NCBI GenBank assembly: GCA_963822965.1
Contig: CAWGJT010000006.1
Span: forward strand, 416,001 to 480,000
Origin: an uncultured delta proteobacterium
Lineage (GTDB): Bacteria; Myxococcota_A; UBA9160; UBA4427
Reading direction: 5' to 3'
Length of the DNA: 64,000 bases
Position 1 is the first letter of the stretch, and each line of letters begins with the position of its first letter. This document shows, one piece after another, positions 38,642 through 49,230 of the stretch. The position numbers and the translations under genes are program-made. Below the pieces are notes generated by a model. It was given only the letters and a program-made list of their open reading frames with translations, was not told the origin of the DNA and searched no databases.

Positions 38642-40181
38642 CGCCCCGGTCCCGCCCCTCCCAGTAGCGCGCCCGCAGCTCGCGCTTCAGGACCTTGCCG
38701 GTGGGGTTGCGCGGCAGCTCATCCACGAAATCGACCGAGCGCGGGATCTTGTAGCCGGCGATGTGACGCCGACAGGCGTCGATCAGCTCGCGGTCGCTCA
38801 CCTCCTTGCCCGGTGCGCGCACCACCACCGCCTTCACGGCTTCGCCCCAGCGCTCGTCGGGAACCCCGATCACCGCCACGTCGGCCACGCCTTCGTGGGC
38901 GAAGAGCACGCTCTCCACCTCCGCCGGATAGACGTTCTCGCCGCCCGACACGATCATGTCCTTCACGCGGTCGTGGATGTAGAGGTAGCCGTCCACGTCG
39001 AAGTAGCCCGCGTCGCCCGAGCGGAACCAGCCGTCCTGGATCGCCTCGGCGGTCGCCTCCGGGCGGTTCCAGTAGCCCTTCATCACCATGCCGCCGCGGA
39101 TCCAGATCTCGCCCACCTCGCCCGTCTTGCAGTCTCCACCACGGGCGTCGACGATGCGGACGTCGACGCCGAAGTTCGGCAGCCCGCAGGCGCGGAGCCG
39201 CGGGCTGCCGGGGACGTGGTCCGCGGCGGGCAGCAGCACGCAGCCCCCGGTCGTCTCCGTGAGCCCGTAGGCCTGGATGAAGTCGCAGCGGAACCGCTCG
39301 ATGGCCTGCCGGAGAAGCTCCTCGGGAATCGGCGACGCCCCGTAGAGGATGGCCTTCAGGGAGGAGACGTCCGTCGTCGCGCATCGCGGCTGCTGGAGCA
39401 GGAAGTTGATCAGGGCGGGCACGAAGAACGCGTGGGTGATGCCCCGGCTCTCGATCAGCTCGAGGATCTCGGGCGGGTTCGCCTCGCGGGTCACCACCAG
39501 CTCGGCGCCGGCGAAGAACATGGCCAGCGCGTAGCCCGAGCCGCCGATGTGGTAGAGGGGCATGCAGATCAACGCCGCGTCGCCGCGCTGGGTCCCCCCG
39601 AAGCCCGTCACGGCCACGCCGACGACCTCGACGAGATTGGCGTGGGTGAGCTCGGTGCCCTTGGGATGACCGGTGGTGCCGCTCGTGTAGAGCTGCCACG
39701 CCGTCTCGTGGTCTGCGGTGTCCCGGCGCGGGTCCTCCTCGGAGGCGGCGCCGCAGAAGTCGGCGTAGCGGGGCCAGGCGGTCGGCCCCTCCCCCCAGCG
39801 CACGATGGTCTTCACGTTCGTGAGCTCGCCCTCGATCGAGGCCATCGCGTCCGCGAAGGCCTCGCCCACGAAGACGACGGGCGCCATCGAGTCGTTGATC
39901 ACGTAGGCGATCTCGGGCGCGGCGAGCCGCCAGTTCACCGGGGTGTACACCCCGCCGGCCTTGGCGATGCCGAAGATCGTCTCGATGAACTCGTCGTGGC
40001 CCTTGTCGAGGACGCACACGCGTTGGCCCGGGGCGAGCCCCGATTCCACCAGCGCGTTGGCCACCCGATTCGCAGCGCGGTCGAGGTCCCGGTAGCTGCT
40101 GACCCGATCGCCGTGCCGGAGCACCACGGCGTCCGGGTGCTGACGAGTCCTCCAGCGCAGCATCTCCCCGACCGACTTCAT
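38634..40181 (-). CDS. Long-chain fatty acid--CoA ligase
   Basis: YTSGTTGHPKG, YGLTET, DRVKDMIVSGGEN, LPRNPTGK. Confidence 0.93.
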   Translation of the reverse strand: MKSVGEMLRWRTRQHPDAVVLRHGDRVSSYRDLDRAANRVANALVESGLAPGQRVCVLDKGHDEFIETIFGIAKAGGVYTPVNWRLAAPEIAYVINDSMAPVVFVGEAFADAMASIEGELTNVKTIVRWGEGPTAWPRYADFCGAASEEDPRRDTADHETAWQLYTSGTTGHPKGTELTHANLVEVVGVAVTGFGGTQRGDAALICMPLYHIGGSGYALAMFFAGAELVVTREANPPEILELIESRGITHAFFVPALINFLLQQPRCATTDVSSLKAILYGASPIPEELLRQAIERFRCDFIQAYGLTETTGGCVLLPAADHVPGSPRLRACGLPNFGVDVRIVDARGGDCKTGEVGEIWIRGGMVMKGYWNRPEATAEAIQDGWFRSGDAGYFDVDGYLYIHDRVKDMIVSGGENVYPAEVESVLFAHEGVADVAVIGVPDERWGEAVKAVVVRAPGKEVSDRELIDACRRHIAGYKIPRSVDFVDELPRNPTGKVLKRELRARYWEGRDRGVN

Positions 40182-40245
40182 CTTCCACCTCCCTCGTCCG
40201 GCCCGCGGCGCGTGCGCACGCTCGCCGCTGAACCACGCTCAGCTC

Positions 40246-40251
40246 ATTATA
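40246..40251 (-). promoter_or_regulatory. Consensus -10 element TATAAT upstream of the CoA ligase
   Basis: Exact TATAAT in GC-rich intergenic DNA, about 65 nt before the ATG; no clear -35. Confidence 0.55.
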
Positions 40252-40464
40252 CGGTGACCGACCGCCCGGGGGAGGGCCGGATTCCAATCCCGGCTCGCCC
40301 GGACCGGCCCCAATGCGTCATTCCGCGCGCTTCGACGGATCGGGGCTAGACTCCGCGCCCGTCGATGGCAGAGCGGACGTTCGAAACGCCATTCCGGCCT
40401 CCCGCACCCCTCCGCGCGGCCCGGAATCAACCGACCCCTTCGTGAACGAGCCAGGAGATCCGGC

Positions 40465-41559
40465 GTGCACTTCGGGCTGAGTGAAGAGCAGAAGCTGCTG
40501 CAGGAGACCTTGCGCGGCTTCGCGGCGAGCGAGTGCCCGCCGATGCGGCTGCGCGAGATCTTCGACGCCGGCCGGGGACACGACGACGCGCTCTGGCAGG
40601 GGCTCGCGGAGATGGGAATGACCGGGCTCGTCGTGCCCGAGGAGCACGGCGGTGCGGGGCTCGGCCGGCTCGAGCTCGCCCTCGCGTGCGAGATCGCCGG
40701 CGCCACCGGGCTGCCCGGGGCGCTCCTCGAGCACGCCCTGGCCGCGCTCGCCATCGCACTCGGCGGCAACGACGCGCAGCGGAAGCGCTGGCTCCCCCGT
40801 CTGGCCGACGGCTCGACGATCGCGACGGTGGCCCTGGCGGAGGACGCCGACTCCTGGATGCCGCAGGCATGGGCGACGCGCGTGTCCCACGGCAAGCTGA
40901 CCGGTCGCAAGCAATACGTACCTCACGCCGCGCACGCCGGACTGGCCGTGATCGGCGTCGCCGGAGGCGGCCTCGCGCTGCTCGAGCTCGACGGCGGAGC
41001 CGCGGCGGGAGCTCGTCTCGAAGCCCAGGAGGGGATCGACCGCACCCGCCCCATCCAGCAGCTGGTGCTCGACGGTGCCGAGGCCGAGCTGCTGTCGGAG
41101 ACGACGGGCGGCGAGGTCGCCGCCCGGGTGATCGATGCGGGGTTGGTGGCCCTGGCGGCCGACGCCTTCGGCGCCGCGACGCGCCTCGTCCGGCTCTCCG
41201 TCGACTACGCGAAGGACCGCCGGCAGTTCGGGCAGCCGATCGCCCAGTTCCAGTCCGTCAAGCACACCCTGGCGCGCATGGGAACCGAGATCGAGCCCAC
41301 GCGCGCCCTCTACTGGTACGCCGCACACGCCCTGGACGAGGGCCTGCCCGACGCCCCACGGCACGCGGCCATGGCCAAGGCGCACATCAGCGAGCGAGCG
41401 GTCGCCGTGGCCCGAGAGGCGGTGGAAGTCCACGGCGGCCTCGGCTTCACCTGGGAATGCGACGTCCAGATCTGGTTCAAGCGCGCGATGTACGACCGCA
41501 GCTTCCTCGGAACGCCCGACGCGCACCGGGAACGCGTGGCCGTGCTCGCGGGCTGGTAG
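40465..41559 (+). CDS. Acyl-CoA dehydrogenase, short partner subunit of an adjacent ACAD pair
   Basis: GLSEEQ, RRQFGQPIAQFQSVKH, HGGLGFTWE. Confidence 0.9.
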   Translation: MHFGLSEEQKLLQETLRGFAASECPPMRLREIFDAGRGHDDALWQGLAEMGMTGLVVPEEHGGAGLGRLELALACEIAGATGLPGALLEHALAALAIALGGNDAQRKRWLPRLADGSTIATVALAEDADSWMPQAWATRVSHGKLTGRKQYVPHAAHAGLAVIGVAGGGLALLELDGGAAAGARLEAQEGIDRTRPIQQLVLDGAEAELLSETTGGEVAARVIDAGLVALAADAFGAATRLVRLSVDYAKDRRQFGQPIAQFQSVKHTLARMGTEIEPTRALYWYAAHALDEGLPDAPRHAAMAKAHISERAVAVAREAVEVHGGLGFTWECDVQIWFKRAMYDRSFLGTPDAHRERVAVLAGW

Positions 41560-41570
41560 GAGAGCGCCCG

Positions 41571-42779
41571 ATGGATCTGCGATACAGCGACGAGCACGAG
41601 CGCTTCCGCGCCGAGGTGCGCGAGTTCCTCCGGAGCTGGCCCCTGTCCGGCGAGGAGGCGAAGCTCCCGCGCGAGCGGCAGGAGGCGCTGTTCCGGCGGC
41701 GCGCGATCGAGCGCGGATACGTGTATCGCGACATTCCCGCCGCGTACGGCGGAGGCGGCCAGGAGCCCGACGTGCTGAAGGACGCGATCTGCCGCGACGA
41801 ATTCCACGCGGCGGGCGCGCCCGGCGCCCAGCCCACCCAGGGACCGGCGATGCTGGCCCCCACCCTGATCGAGTTCGGCAGCGAGCAGCAGAAGCGCCGC
41901 TTCGTCCCGCCCACTCTCGCGGGCGACCTGGTCTGGTGTCAGGGGTACAGCGAGCCGGGCTCCGGCAGCGATCTCGCGTCCCTGCAGTGCCAGGCGGTGC
42001 TCGAGGGTGACGAGTGGGTGATCAACGGGCAGAAGATCTGGACCAGCAACGCCCAGGAAGCGCAGTACCTCTTCGGGCTCTTCCGCACGGAGCCCGACGC
42101 TGCCAAGCACAAGGGCATCAGCTACCTGCTGGTGCCCCTGGACCAGCCCGGGATCGAGATCCGGCCGCTCAAGCAGCTGACCGGCGGGATGGACTTCAAC
42201 GAGGTCTTCTTCCAGGACGCGCGCACGCCGGCCGACCACCTGGTGGGCGAGCGCGGCCAGGGCTGGCAGGTCTCTCGCGCCACCCTGAAGCACGAGCGGA
42301 ACCTGATCGCGAACCCGAACATGATGCGCGAGCACTTCGACGCCCTGGTGGAGCTGGCGCGGAGCCGGCGGCGGGGTGGCCGGCCCGCCATCGAAGACCC
42401 GGGCGTCCGCCAGCGCCTGGCGGCGATCGAGTGCCGCGTGCGCACCAACGAGACCTCGAGCCTGCGTCAGCTCTCCGCCGCCGCCCACGGCGAGGAGCTC
42501 GAGTGCATCCTCCCGATGATGATGAACAAGCTCTACTCGACGGACGTCATGCAGGAGCTGATGACGCTCGCCTACGACCTGTTGGGCTCGGACGGCCTGC
42601 TGGCGCCCTCTGCGGAGGACCTGGCCGGCTACCGCCGGGGCGAGGGCCCGACCGGCTGGGTCGAGCAGTACGTGTTCAGCCTCGGCCCCGCGATCGCCGG
42701 GGGTGCCACGAACATCCAGCTCAACATCATCGGCGAACGCGGCTACGGTCTGCCGCGAGACCTGCGTCCCGGCAAGTAG
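41571..42779 (+). CDS. Acyl-CoA dehydrogenase (catalytic-type subunit)
   Basis: CQGYSEPGSGSDLA, NGQKIWTS, FNEVFF, LKHER, IAGGATNIQLNII. Confidence 0.92.
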   Translation: MDLRYSDEHERFRAEVREFLRSWPLSGEEAKLPRERQEALFRRRAIERGYVYRDIPAAYGGGGQEPDVLKDAICRDEFHAAGAPGAQPTQGPAMLAPTLIEFGSEQQKRRFVPPTLAGDLVWCQGYSEPGSGSDLASLQCQAVLEGDEWVINGQKIWTSNAQEAQYLFGLFRTEPDAAKHKGISYLLVPLDQPGIEIRPLKQLTGGMDFNEVFFQDARTPADHLVGERGQGWQVSRATLKHERNLIANPNMMREHFDALVELARSRRRGGRPAIEDPGVRQRLAAIECRVRTNETSSLRQLSAAAHGEELECILPMMMNKLYSTDVMQELMTLAYDLLGSDGLLAPSAEDLAGYRRGEGPTGWVEQYVFSLGPAIAGGATNIQLNIIGERGYGLPRDLRPGK

Positions 42780-42862
42780 CCGGCCGCGCGCCCGGAGAAG
42801 CCGTCACGTCCCCTCGCCGCCCGCACGCCCGAACGAGGCTCGCTTCCACAGCGCTCGGGCTC

Positions 42863-43822
42863 GTGCTGTTGCTCGCGCCGGCGGCGGGCTGCGGGCGGCC
42901 GCCGGACGCCACCCCGGCCGGGGCCGCGCCGCCCGCCACCGCCGACGCCCGAGCCGACGCCCAGGCGGGCGACCCCGAGAGCGCGGCCGGCTCGGCTCCG
43001 GAGCCCGGGCCGGGAAGCGTGCGGCTGCGGGTCGACGAGCACGGCCTCACCCTGGTGGCGAACGCCACCCCGCGGCGCCCATTGCTGGAGGAGCTGGCGG
43101 CCCGCCTCCATTTCGAGCTGGTGGCGAGCGACCTCGGCAACGAGCCCGTCAGCGCGCACGTGGAACGAGGCCGCCTCGAGGACGCGCTGCCGCAGCTGCT
43201 GGCCGACCGGAGCTACCGGGTGGACCACCGCTACGACGCCGTCACGCGCCGACACGAGGTCACGCGGCTCGAGGTGGCTCCGCGCGGTGCCGCCGTCTTC
43301 TCGGCGCCTCCGCCCGCCACGCCCGCCGGGGCGCCGGAGAAGCCCGACGCTTCCGGGGGACCCGGCCGGGACGCGGTCGCCGGGGTGGAGCGCGCAGACG
43401 CCGGCCCCGAGACCGCGCCGAGCGGCGACGGCGTCGACTGGAAGGCGCTGGTGCTCCGGCTCGACGACGCGGACGCCGAGGAACGCATCGACGCGCTGAA
43501 CGAGATCGACCCGGACGGCGACGGCCTGGCGCTCATCATCGACCGTCTCACCCGGGACCCGGATCCGCGCGTTCGCGCGGCGGCGGCGGAGAATCTCGAG
43601 GACGCAGATACCCTGGCCGGCGTCGACGCCCTGGTGCGCGCGCTCAGCGACCCGGACAAGCAGGTGGTGCTGGCGGCCATCGACGCGCTCGAGTTCACCG
43701 AGGACTACACGGTGGTGGAGAACCTGCTTCCGCTGCTGAACCACCCGGATCCCGAGATCCGCGAGGTCACCCGCGACGCCATCTGCTTCATCGGGAGCTG
43801 TCCCGACGAGGACGACGACTAG
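42863..43822 (+). CDS. Putative lipoprotein with C-terminal HEAT repeats (start uncertain)
   Basis: LLLAPAAG-C lipobox; DPDPRVRAAAA, DPDKQVVLAAI, HPDPEIR. The first canonical in-frame start after the upstream stop is GTG 42863, but the coding signal may begin near 42803. Confidence 0.7.
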   Translation: MLLLAPAAGCGRPPDATPAGAAPPATADARADAQAGDPESAAGSAPEPGPGSVRLRVDEHGLTLVANATPRRPLLEELAARLHFELVASDLGNEPVSAHVERGRLEDALPQLLADRSYRVDHRYDAVTRRHEVTRLEVAPRGAAVFSAPPPATPAGAPEKPDASGGPGRDAVAGVERADAGPETAPSGDGVDWKALVLRLDDADAEERIDALNEIDPDGDGLALIIDRLTRDPDPRVRAAAAENLEDADTLAGVDALVRALSDPDKQVVLAAIDALEFTEDYTVVENLLPLLNHPDPEIREVTRDAICFIGSCPDEDDD

Positions 43823-43881
43823 CAGACGAATCTGCAGGATTCGTTTGCGTCGCGCCGATCCATCCTGGGTCGGCTTGGCAG
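43819..43881 (+). repeat. CTAG-tagged double-hairpin repeat, copy C
   Basis: CTA-GCAGACGAATC-TGCAG-GATTCGTTTGC-GTCGC-GCCGATCCA-TCC-TGGGTCGGC-TTGGCAG; lies between convergent genes. Confidence 0.7.
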
Positions 43882-43904
43882 GAGCAGGCCGACCGCGCCC
43901 GGGC

Positions 43905-45602
43905 TCAGCCGCCGGACTTCGCCGCCACCTTGGCCCAGGTGTCGCGCAGCGTGATGGTGCGGTTGAAGACCAGCGCGCCGGGGGCGCTGTCCGGGTCGAC
44001 GCAGAAGTAGCCCAGCCGCTCGAACTGGAAGCGGTCTCCCGCCCGCGCCTCCGCGAGGCTGGCCTCGACAAAGCAGCCCGTGCGCACGACGCGCGATTCG
44101 GGGTTCAGGAAGGCCGTGAAGTCCTTGCCCTCGGGCGTGTCCTCGGGATGCTCCTCGGTGAAGAGCCGGTCGAAGAGGCGCACCTCGGCCCGGAGCGCGT
44201 GCCGCGCGGACACCCAGTGGAGGGTGCCCTTCACCTTGCGCCCGTCCGGCGCGTCCCCGCCCCGGGTCGCCGAGTCGTAGCGACAGCGCAGGCGCGTCAC
44301 CGCGCCGTCGGCGTCCTTCTCGACGCCCGTGCAGGTGACGAGATAGGCCCCCCGCAGCCGCACCTCGCGACCGGGCGCCAGGCGGAAGAACTTGGCCGGT
44401 GGGTCCTCGAGGAAGTCCTCCCGCTCGATGTAGACCGTGCGGGAGAACGGAACCTGCCGGAATCCCCGAGATTCGTCGCGCGGGTTCACCGGCAACGGGA
44501 ACTCCTCGACGGTCTCCTCGGGATAGTTCTCGATCACCACCTCGAGGGGGTCGAGAACGCCCATCACCCGGGGCGTGCTCTCGTTCAGATCCTCGCGGAT
44601 GTGGTACTCGAGCCGCGACAGCTCGATCACGCTCTCCCGCCGCACGACCCCCACCGAGCGCACCAGGGCGTGCAGCGACTCGGGCATGACGCCGCGACGG
44701 CGCAGGGCCGCCAGGGTCGGCATGCGCGGGTCGTCCCACCCGTCGACGATCCCCTCCTCGACCAGGCGTCGCAGCTTTCGCTTGCTCGTGATGGTGTGGG
44801 TGAGCTCGAGGCGCGCGAACTCGATCTGTCGCGGCGTCGAGGGGGTGTCGAGCTGCGCGATGATCCAGTCGTAGAGCGGCCGGTGGTCGATGAACTCCGC
44901 CGAGCACAGGGAGTGGGTGATCCCTTCGATGGCGTCCGAGAGACAGTGCGCGAAGTCGTACATCGGGTAGATGCACCAGGTGTCGCCGGTCCGATGGTGC
45001 GGGGTCTTCTGGATGCGGTAGAGGATGGGGTCGCGCATCGTGAGCACCGGCGAGCTCATGTCGATCTTGGCACGCAGCACCCGGGAGCCGTTCTCGAACG
45101 CCCCGGCCTTCATGCGCTCGAAGAGGTCGCGGTTCTCGGCCACCGACCGGTTCCGGTACGGGCTCTCGATGCCGGGCTCGGTGAGGCTGCCGTTGTGGGC
45201 GCGGATCTCGTCCGGGCTGAGATCGCACACGAAGGCCTTGCCCCGATCGATCAGGTCCAGCGCCCAGCGATAGAGCCTCTCGAAGTAGTCCGACGCGAAG
45301 AAGAGGTTCTCGCCCCAGTCGCAGCCGAGCCAGCGGATGTCCCGCTGGATGCCCTCGACGTACTGGGTCTCCTCGGTGGCGGGGTTCGTGTCGTCGAAGC
45401 GCAGGTGGAACACGCCGCCGAACTCCGCCGCGAGGTCGTAGTTGACGAGGATCGCCTTGGCGTGACCGATGTGGAGATAGCCGTTCGGCTCCGGAGGAAA
45501 GCGCGTGACCGGCCGGGCGTGCTTGCCGGATTCGAGGTCGGCGACCACGATGTCGCGGATGAAGTTGCTCGGCGGGGCGGCCTCTTTCCCGGGCGTGGAC
45601 AC
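43905..45602 (-). CDS. glnS: Glutamine--tRNA ligase
   Basis: [46 protein letters not shown]; no YqeY tail. Confidence 0.97.
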   Translation of the reverse strand: MSTPGKEAAPPSNFIRDIVVADLESGKHARPVTRFPPEPNGYLHIGHAKAILVNYDLAAEFGGVFHLRFDDTNPATEETQYVEGIQRDIRWLGCDWGENLFFASDYFERLYRWALDLIDRGKAFVCDLSPDEIRAHNGSLTEPGIESPYRNRSVAENRDLFERMKAGAFENGSRVLRAKIDMSSPVLTMRDPILYRIQKTPHHRTGDTWCIYPMYDFAHCLSDAIEGITHSLCSAEFIDHRPLYDWIIAQLDTPSTPRQIEFARLELTHTITSKRKLRRLVEEGIVDGWDDPRMPTLAALRRRGVMPESLHALVRSVGVVRRESVIELSRLEYHIREDLNESTPRVMGVLDPLEVVIENYPEETVEEFPLPVNPRDESRGFRQVPFSRTVYIEREDFLEDPPAKFFRLAPGREVRLRGAYLVTCTGVEKDADGAVTRLRCRYDSATRGGDAPDGRKVKGTLHWVSARHALRAEVRLFDRLFTEEHPEDTPEGKDFTAFLNPESRVVRTGCFVEASLAEARAGDRFQFERLGYFCVDPDSAPGALVFNRTITLRDTWAKVAAKSGG

Positions 45603-45651
45603 GATGCTTCTTCCTTGGGAGCGCCGGCTGGGGAGCCCTGGCGGGCCGCCG

Positions 45652-45718
45652 ATTGTATCGGCCCCGGAAGCGATCGCCCACGCGGCGGGCCGACACGGGA
45701 GATCCGGGTCGCTAGCAT
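45652..45718. promoter_or_regulatory. Divergent -10 elements: TACAAT (minus, 45657-45652, glnS) and TAGCAT (plus, 45713-45718, probably a leaderless crotonase transcript)
   Basis: TAnnnT hexamers in GC-rich intergenic DNA. The ATG at 45725 lies 6 nt after TAGCAT, with no SD sequence. Confidence 0.5.
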
Positions 45719-45724
45719 CGCCCC

Positions 45725-46507
45725 ATGAGTGACATCCTCCTCGAGATCGACGGCCCCGTCGCCACCCTCACGCTGAACCGGCCGACGGCCGCCAACGCCC
45801 TGACCCTCCCCATGTGCCGGGAGCTGATGCAGGCCGCGATCCGATGCGACGAGGACCCGGCCGTGCGGGCCATCGTCCTGACCGGCGCGGGCAGGCTCTT
45901 CTGCGCCGGGGGCGACCTCCAGAGCTTCGCCGAGCTTGGGGACGGCATCGGCGCGGGCCTGAAGGAGATGACCGCCTACCTGCACGCGGCGATCTCCCGG
46001 CTGGCCCGGGGCGAGGCGCCGGTGGTGGTGGCGGTGAACGGCGCAGCCGCGGGCGCCGGCATGAGCCTGGCGGCGGCCGGCGACCTGGTGATCGCGTGCG
46101 AGTCCGCGAAGTTCACCATGGCCTACACGGCCGCGGGCCTCTCCCCGGACGGCAGCTCCACCTGGTTCCTGCCCCGCCTGATCGGCCTGCGCCGCACCCA
46201 GGAGCTGATGCTCACGAATCGGAGGCTGTCGGCCGACGAAGCCCTGGCCTGGGGACTCGTGAACCGCGTCGTGCCCGACGGCGAGGCCGGGAAGCAGGCC
46301 GGCGAGCTGGCACGCCAGCTCGCCGAAGGCCCGACCGGGGCCTTCGGCGTCGTGAAGAAGCTGCTCGTCTCCGGCTTCGACGAGAGCCTGGAGACCCAGA
46401 TGGAGCACGAGGCCGCCGGCATCGCCGGCTGCGCGGGCACCGCCGACGGCCAGGAGGGGATCCGCGCCTTCCTGGAGAAGCGCCCGGCCGCATTCAGCGG
46501 TCGCTAG
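45725..46507 (+). CDS. Enoyl-CoA hydratase/isomerase (PaaG-like)
   Basis: [42 protein letters not shown]. Confidence 0.92.
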   Translation: MSDILLEIDGPVATLTLNRPTAANALTLPMCRELMQAAIRCDEDPAVRAIVLTGAGRLFCAGGDLQSFAELGDGIGAGLKEMTAYLHAAISRLARGEAPVVVAVNGAAAGAGMSLAAAGDLVIACESAKFTMAYTAAGLSPDGSSTWFLPRLIGLRRTQELMLTNRRLSADEALAWGLVNRVVPDGEAGKQAGELARQLAEGPTGAFGVVKKLLVSGFDESLETQMEHEAAGIAGCAGTADGQEGIRAFLEKRPAAFSGR

Positions 46508-46576
46508 CAACCGCGACCCGGGACTTCGTCGTCACGGTTGCGCCGCAAAGGAAGCCCGACGGACTCCCTCGGCCAG
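46504..46576. repeat. CTAG-tagged double-hairpin repeat, copy A
   Basis: 46531-46572 is 37/42 identical to the reverse complement of 49741-49781. Central palindrome TTGCGCCGCAA; lies between convergent genes. Confidence 0.85.
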
Positions 46577-46595
46577 CAGGCCGACCGGGGATTCG

Positions 46596-47237
46596 TCAGC
46601 TCGCGGACTCCCCGGCGGCGAGCCCGACCCACCGCCGCCAGTAGCGGTGGATGATCCAGCCCTGTCCGGCGAGGATCACGTTGGCCAGGGCCACGCACAC
46701 CAGTGCCGTCCATCCGCCCGGGCCCAGGCGATGGACGACCCCCCCGAGGCCCGCGATGCCCGCCACGAACGCGAAGGGCACCAGCGACTCCAGGCCTCCG
46801 GGCTCGCGAAACGCCTCGACCACCGCCGCGTTCTCCGGATCGCGCATTCCCGCCGCCAGCATGGACGCCGAGACCCAGCTCGAGACCGCGAAGACCGCGG
46901 CCAGCACGTAGAACCAGTACGGCAACAGCCCGGGACGCATCAGCTCGATCACCACGAGCTCGAGACCGCCCAGCACGAAGGGCGCCACCGAGTCGCGGGT
47001 CGACGGGACCCAGCTGAAGCGCATCACCATGCCCGTGTAGAAGAGCCAGACGACGACGATCCCCTGCAGGACCGCCGCCACCTGCAGCCAGCCGACCCAG
47101 GCGTCGAGCCCCCCCTCGAAGAGGTGGGCGCTCTCGCGGGCCTGGGTCCACACGGCCTCGAGCGCCAGGGCCTGCACGATGCTGACGAGCGTGACGAGAA
47201 CCGTGGGCAGGAGCTCCCGGGCGCGAACGTCTCGCAC
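46596..47237 (-). CDS. Hypothetical multi-pass membrane protein
   Basis: About 6 hydrophobic segments; TLVSIVQALALE; GC3-rich frame. Confidence 0.75.
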   Translation of the reverse strand: MRDVRARELLPTVLVTLVSIVQALALEAVWTQARESAHLFEGGLDAWVGWLQVAAVLQGIVVVWLFYTGMVMRFSWVPSTRDSVAPFVLGGLELVVIELMRPGLLPYWFYVLAAVFAVSSWVSASMLAAGMRDPENAAVVEAFREPGGLESLVPFAFVAGIAGLGGVVHRLGPGGWTALVCVALANVILAGQGWIIHRYWRRWVGLAAGESAS

Positions 47238-47244
47238 GGCGGTC

Positions 47245-47985
47245 TCAGCGGCGGCGCGGCTTCTGACGGAACCCCTTGCGTCCCGCCATCGCCTGCTGTC
47301 CCTGGCGCATGGCCGCCGGCAGCTTCTCGAACTGGAGGCCGTACCAGCTCATGCCGAACTTCTTCATGTTCATCTTCTTGCCGTTCTGGACACGCTGCAG
47401 GTTGTCCTTCGTGGTCTCGTTGTCCTTCTCGACCTTGAGACAGCGCAGGAGCTGCGCGATGGCGCCGTCCCGATCGCCTTCCTTCCAGAGCAGCCAGGCG
47501 TAGACGTTGTAGAGGATGATCTGCTTCTTGTTGTACCGGATGGCGGTCTCGAGGACCTGCTTGGCCTGGTCCAGCTCGCGGCGCCGGAAGTGGAGGCTCG
47601 CGAGGAAGAGCTGCGCGTCGGAGAGACGCGGGCTGGCCTTCTCGAGATACTCGAGGGCCCGGGCGTCGTCGCCCAGGGTGAAGCACAGCGAGCCCATCTG
47701 CGCGTAGAGCTGTCCCCGCAGCAGGATCTGCCAGCGCGAGAGGGGCAGCAGCTCCTCCAATGACCGCAGCGCGAGCTTGGCGTTGCCGCCCTGGATCTGC
47801 CGCTGGATCTGCTCGAAGCGGGGCTCGATGCGCTTCGCCAGCCGGCGGGAGAGGATCGCGAAGGTCGCCACGGAGACCACGACGCCGAGCACGATGCCGA
47901 ACGCCCACGTCTTCCACAGGCCGAGCGCGGTCCAGATCGCACCGGCGACGAGACCGACTCCCAATGCAACGAGGATGTTGTACAC
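47245..47985 (-). CDS. Membrane-anchored tetratricopeptide-repeat protein
   Basis: GTG start; two N-terminal TM helices; TPR-like helices; C-terminal KKMNMKKFGMSWYGLQFE. Confidence 0.8.
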   Translation of the reverse strand: MYNILVALGVGLVAGAIWTALGLWKTWAFGIVLGVVVSVATFAILSRRLAKRIEPRFEQIQRQIQGGNAKLALRSLEELLPLSRWQILLRGQLYAQMGSLCFTLGDDARALEYLEKASPRLSDAQLFLASLHFRRRELDQAKQVLETAIRYNKKQIILYNVYAWLLWKEGDRDGAIAQLLRCLKVEKDNETTKDNLQRVQNGKKMNMKKFGMSWYGLQFEKLPAAMRQGQQAMAGRKGFRQKPRRR

Positions 47986-48140
47986 GTCGTGCTTCGTCCC
48001 GTTCTGGCGCCGGATCCCGTCGGGCTTCCCGGAGCCCCGAGCGACCCGCGGGCCCGGACGGGCGGACCCGCTCCGGGCTGCGAGCTGCAGGTGCGGGTCG
48101 GATCCGGGCGGCGTGGCAATATAACGGGGGAGGCAGGCGG

Positions 48141-49160
48141 ATGCTCGTGGCACTAACCGGGGGAACCGGCTTCATCGGCTCGCACACGGTCCGGGGCCTG
48201 GTGGCCGCCAACCATCGGGTGCGGCTGCTCGTCCGGGATCGCCGCAAGCTCGAGCGCGTGTATGCGCCGCAGGGCATCGAGATCGAAGACGTCGTGGAAG
48301 GAGACGTCACCGACCCGGGCGCCGTCGACCGCCTGCTCGCCGGCTGCGACGCGGTCGTCCACGCAGCGGCGGTCGTCGCCCTCGAGGTGGCCCGCGCCGG
48401 GGAGGTGAGAGCCACCAACGAGCACGGCGTACGCCTCGTGGTGGGCGGCGCCGTCGAACGAGAGGTGCCGCGCATCCTCTACGTCTCGAGCGCGAGCGCG
48501 TTGTTCACGCCGGGCGGCGGCCCGCTGACCGGCGACTCGCCCGTCGGCCTCACGGCCAGCGCGTACGGCGAGTCGAAGGCGGGCGGCGAGCGCTACGTGC
48601 GCGAGCTGCAGGAGCGCGGCGCCCCCATCCTCACCGTGTACCCGACGGCGGTGATCGGCCCCGACGACCCGAGCCTCACGGACCCCAACCGCGCCCTCGG
48701 CTTCTTCCTCGACTGGGGCGCGGTGGTGACGTCCACCGGCTATCAACCGATCGACGTCCGCGACCTGGCGCGGATGCACGTGGCCCTGCTCGAATCCGAC
48801 CTCGCCCAGGGACGCTACATGGCGACGGGGCCGTACTTCGCCTGGGACGATCTCTACACCCACATCGAGCGGCTCATCGGGAGGCGCCTGCGGCGCTGGC
48901 CCGCACCGGGCGCCCTGCTCCGCGGCCTCGGCCGCGCGGCGGACGTCGTGAAGCACGTGCTTCCCTTCGAGCTTCCCCTCACCCTCGAGGGCATGCTCTT
49001 CGCGACCCGTTGGCCCACCGCCGACGGCACGCCGGCCGAGCGCGACCTGGGAATCCGCTTCCGCAGCATCGAGGAGACCCTGGCCGACACCTACCGCTGG
49101 ATGTGCGCGGCCGGGCACCTCCGCTCCGAGCAGATCGGCGACCTCGCCGTCGACGGATGA
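48141..49160 (+). CDS. NAD-dependent epimerase/dehydratase (extended SDR)
   Basis: TGGTGFIG, VVHAAA, YVSS, YGESK; RBS GGAGG. Confidence 0.9.
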   Translation: MLVALTGGTGFIGSHTVRGLVAANHRVRLLVRDRRKLERVYAPQGIEIEDVVEGDVTDPGAVDRLLAGCDAVVHAAAVVALEVARAGEVRATNEHGVRLVVGGAVEREVPRILYVSSASALFTPGGGPLTGDSPVGLTASAYGESKAGGERYVRELQERGAPILTVYPTAVIGPDDPSLTDPNRALGFFLDWGAVVTSTGYQPIDVRDLARMHVALLESDLAQGRYMATGPYFAWDDLYTHIERLIGRRLRRWPAPGALLRGLGRAADVVKHVLPFELPLTLEGMLFATRWPTADGTPAERDLGIRFRSIEETLADTYRWMCAAGHLRSEQIGDLAVDG

Positions 49161-49230
49161 TCCACGGCGGCGGCGCCTGGCCCCGTTGCAATGCGGCCTC
49201 GCCCGAGCACCCCCGACCGGAGGAACCACG

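Noticed and set aside
40465..42779. Adjacent ACAD pair as a novelty
   Set aside because: It matches the known heteromeric alpha2beta2 acyl-CoA dehydrogenase arrangement; the substrate cannot be inferred.
46538..46548. TTGCGCCGCAA as a PhaR-type operator (TGC-N3-GCA)
   Set aside because: It lies between convergent gene ends rather than in a promoter, and is better explained as the centre of the repeat element.
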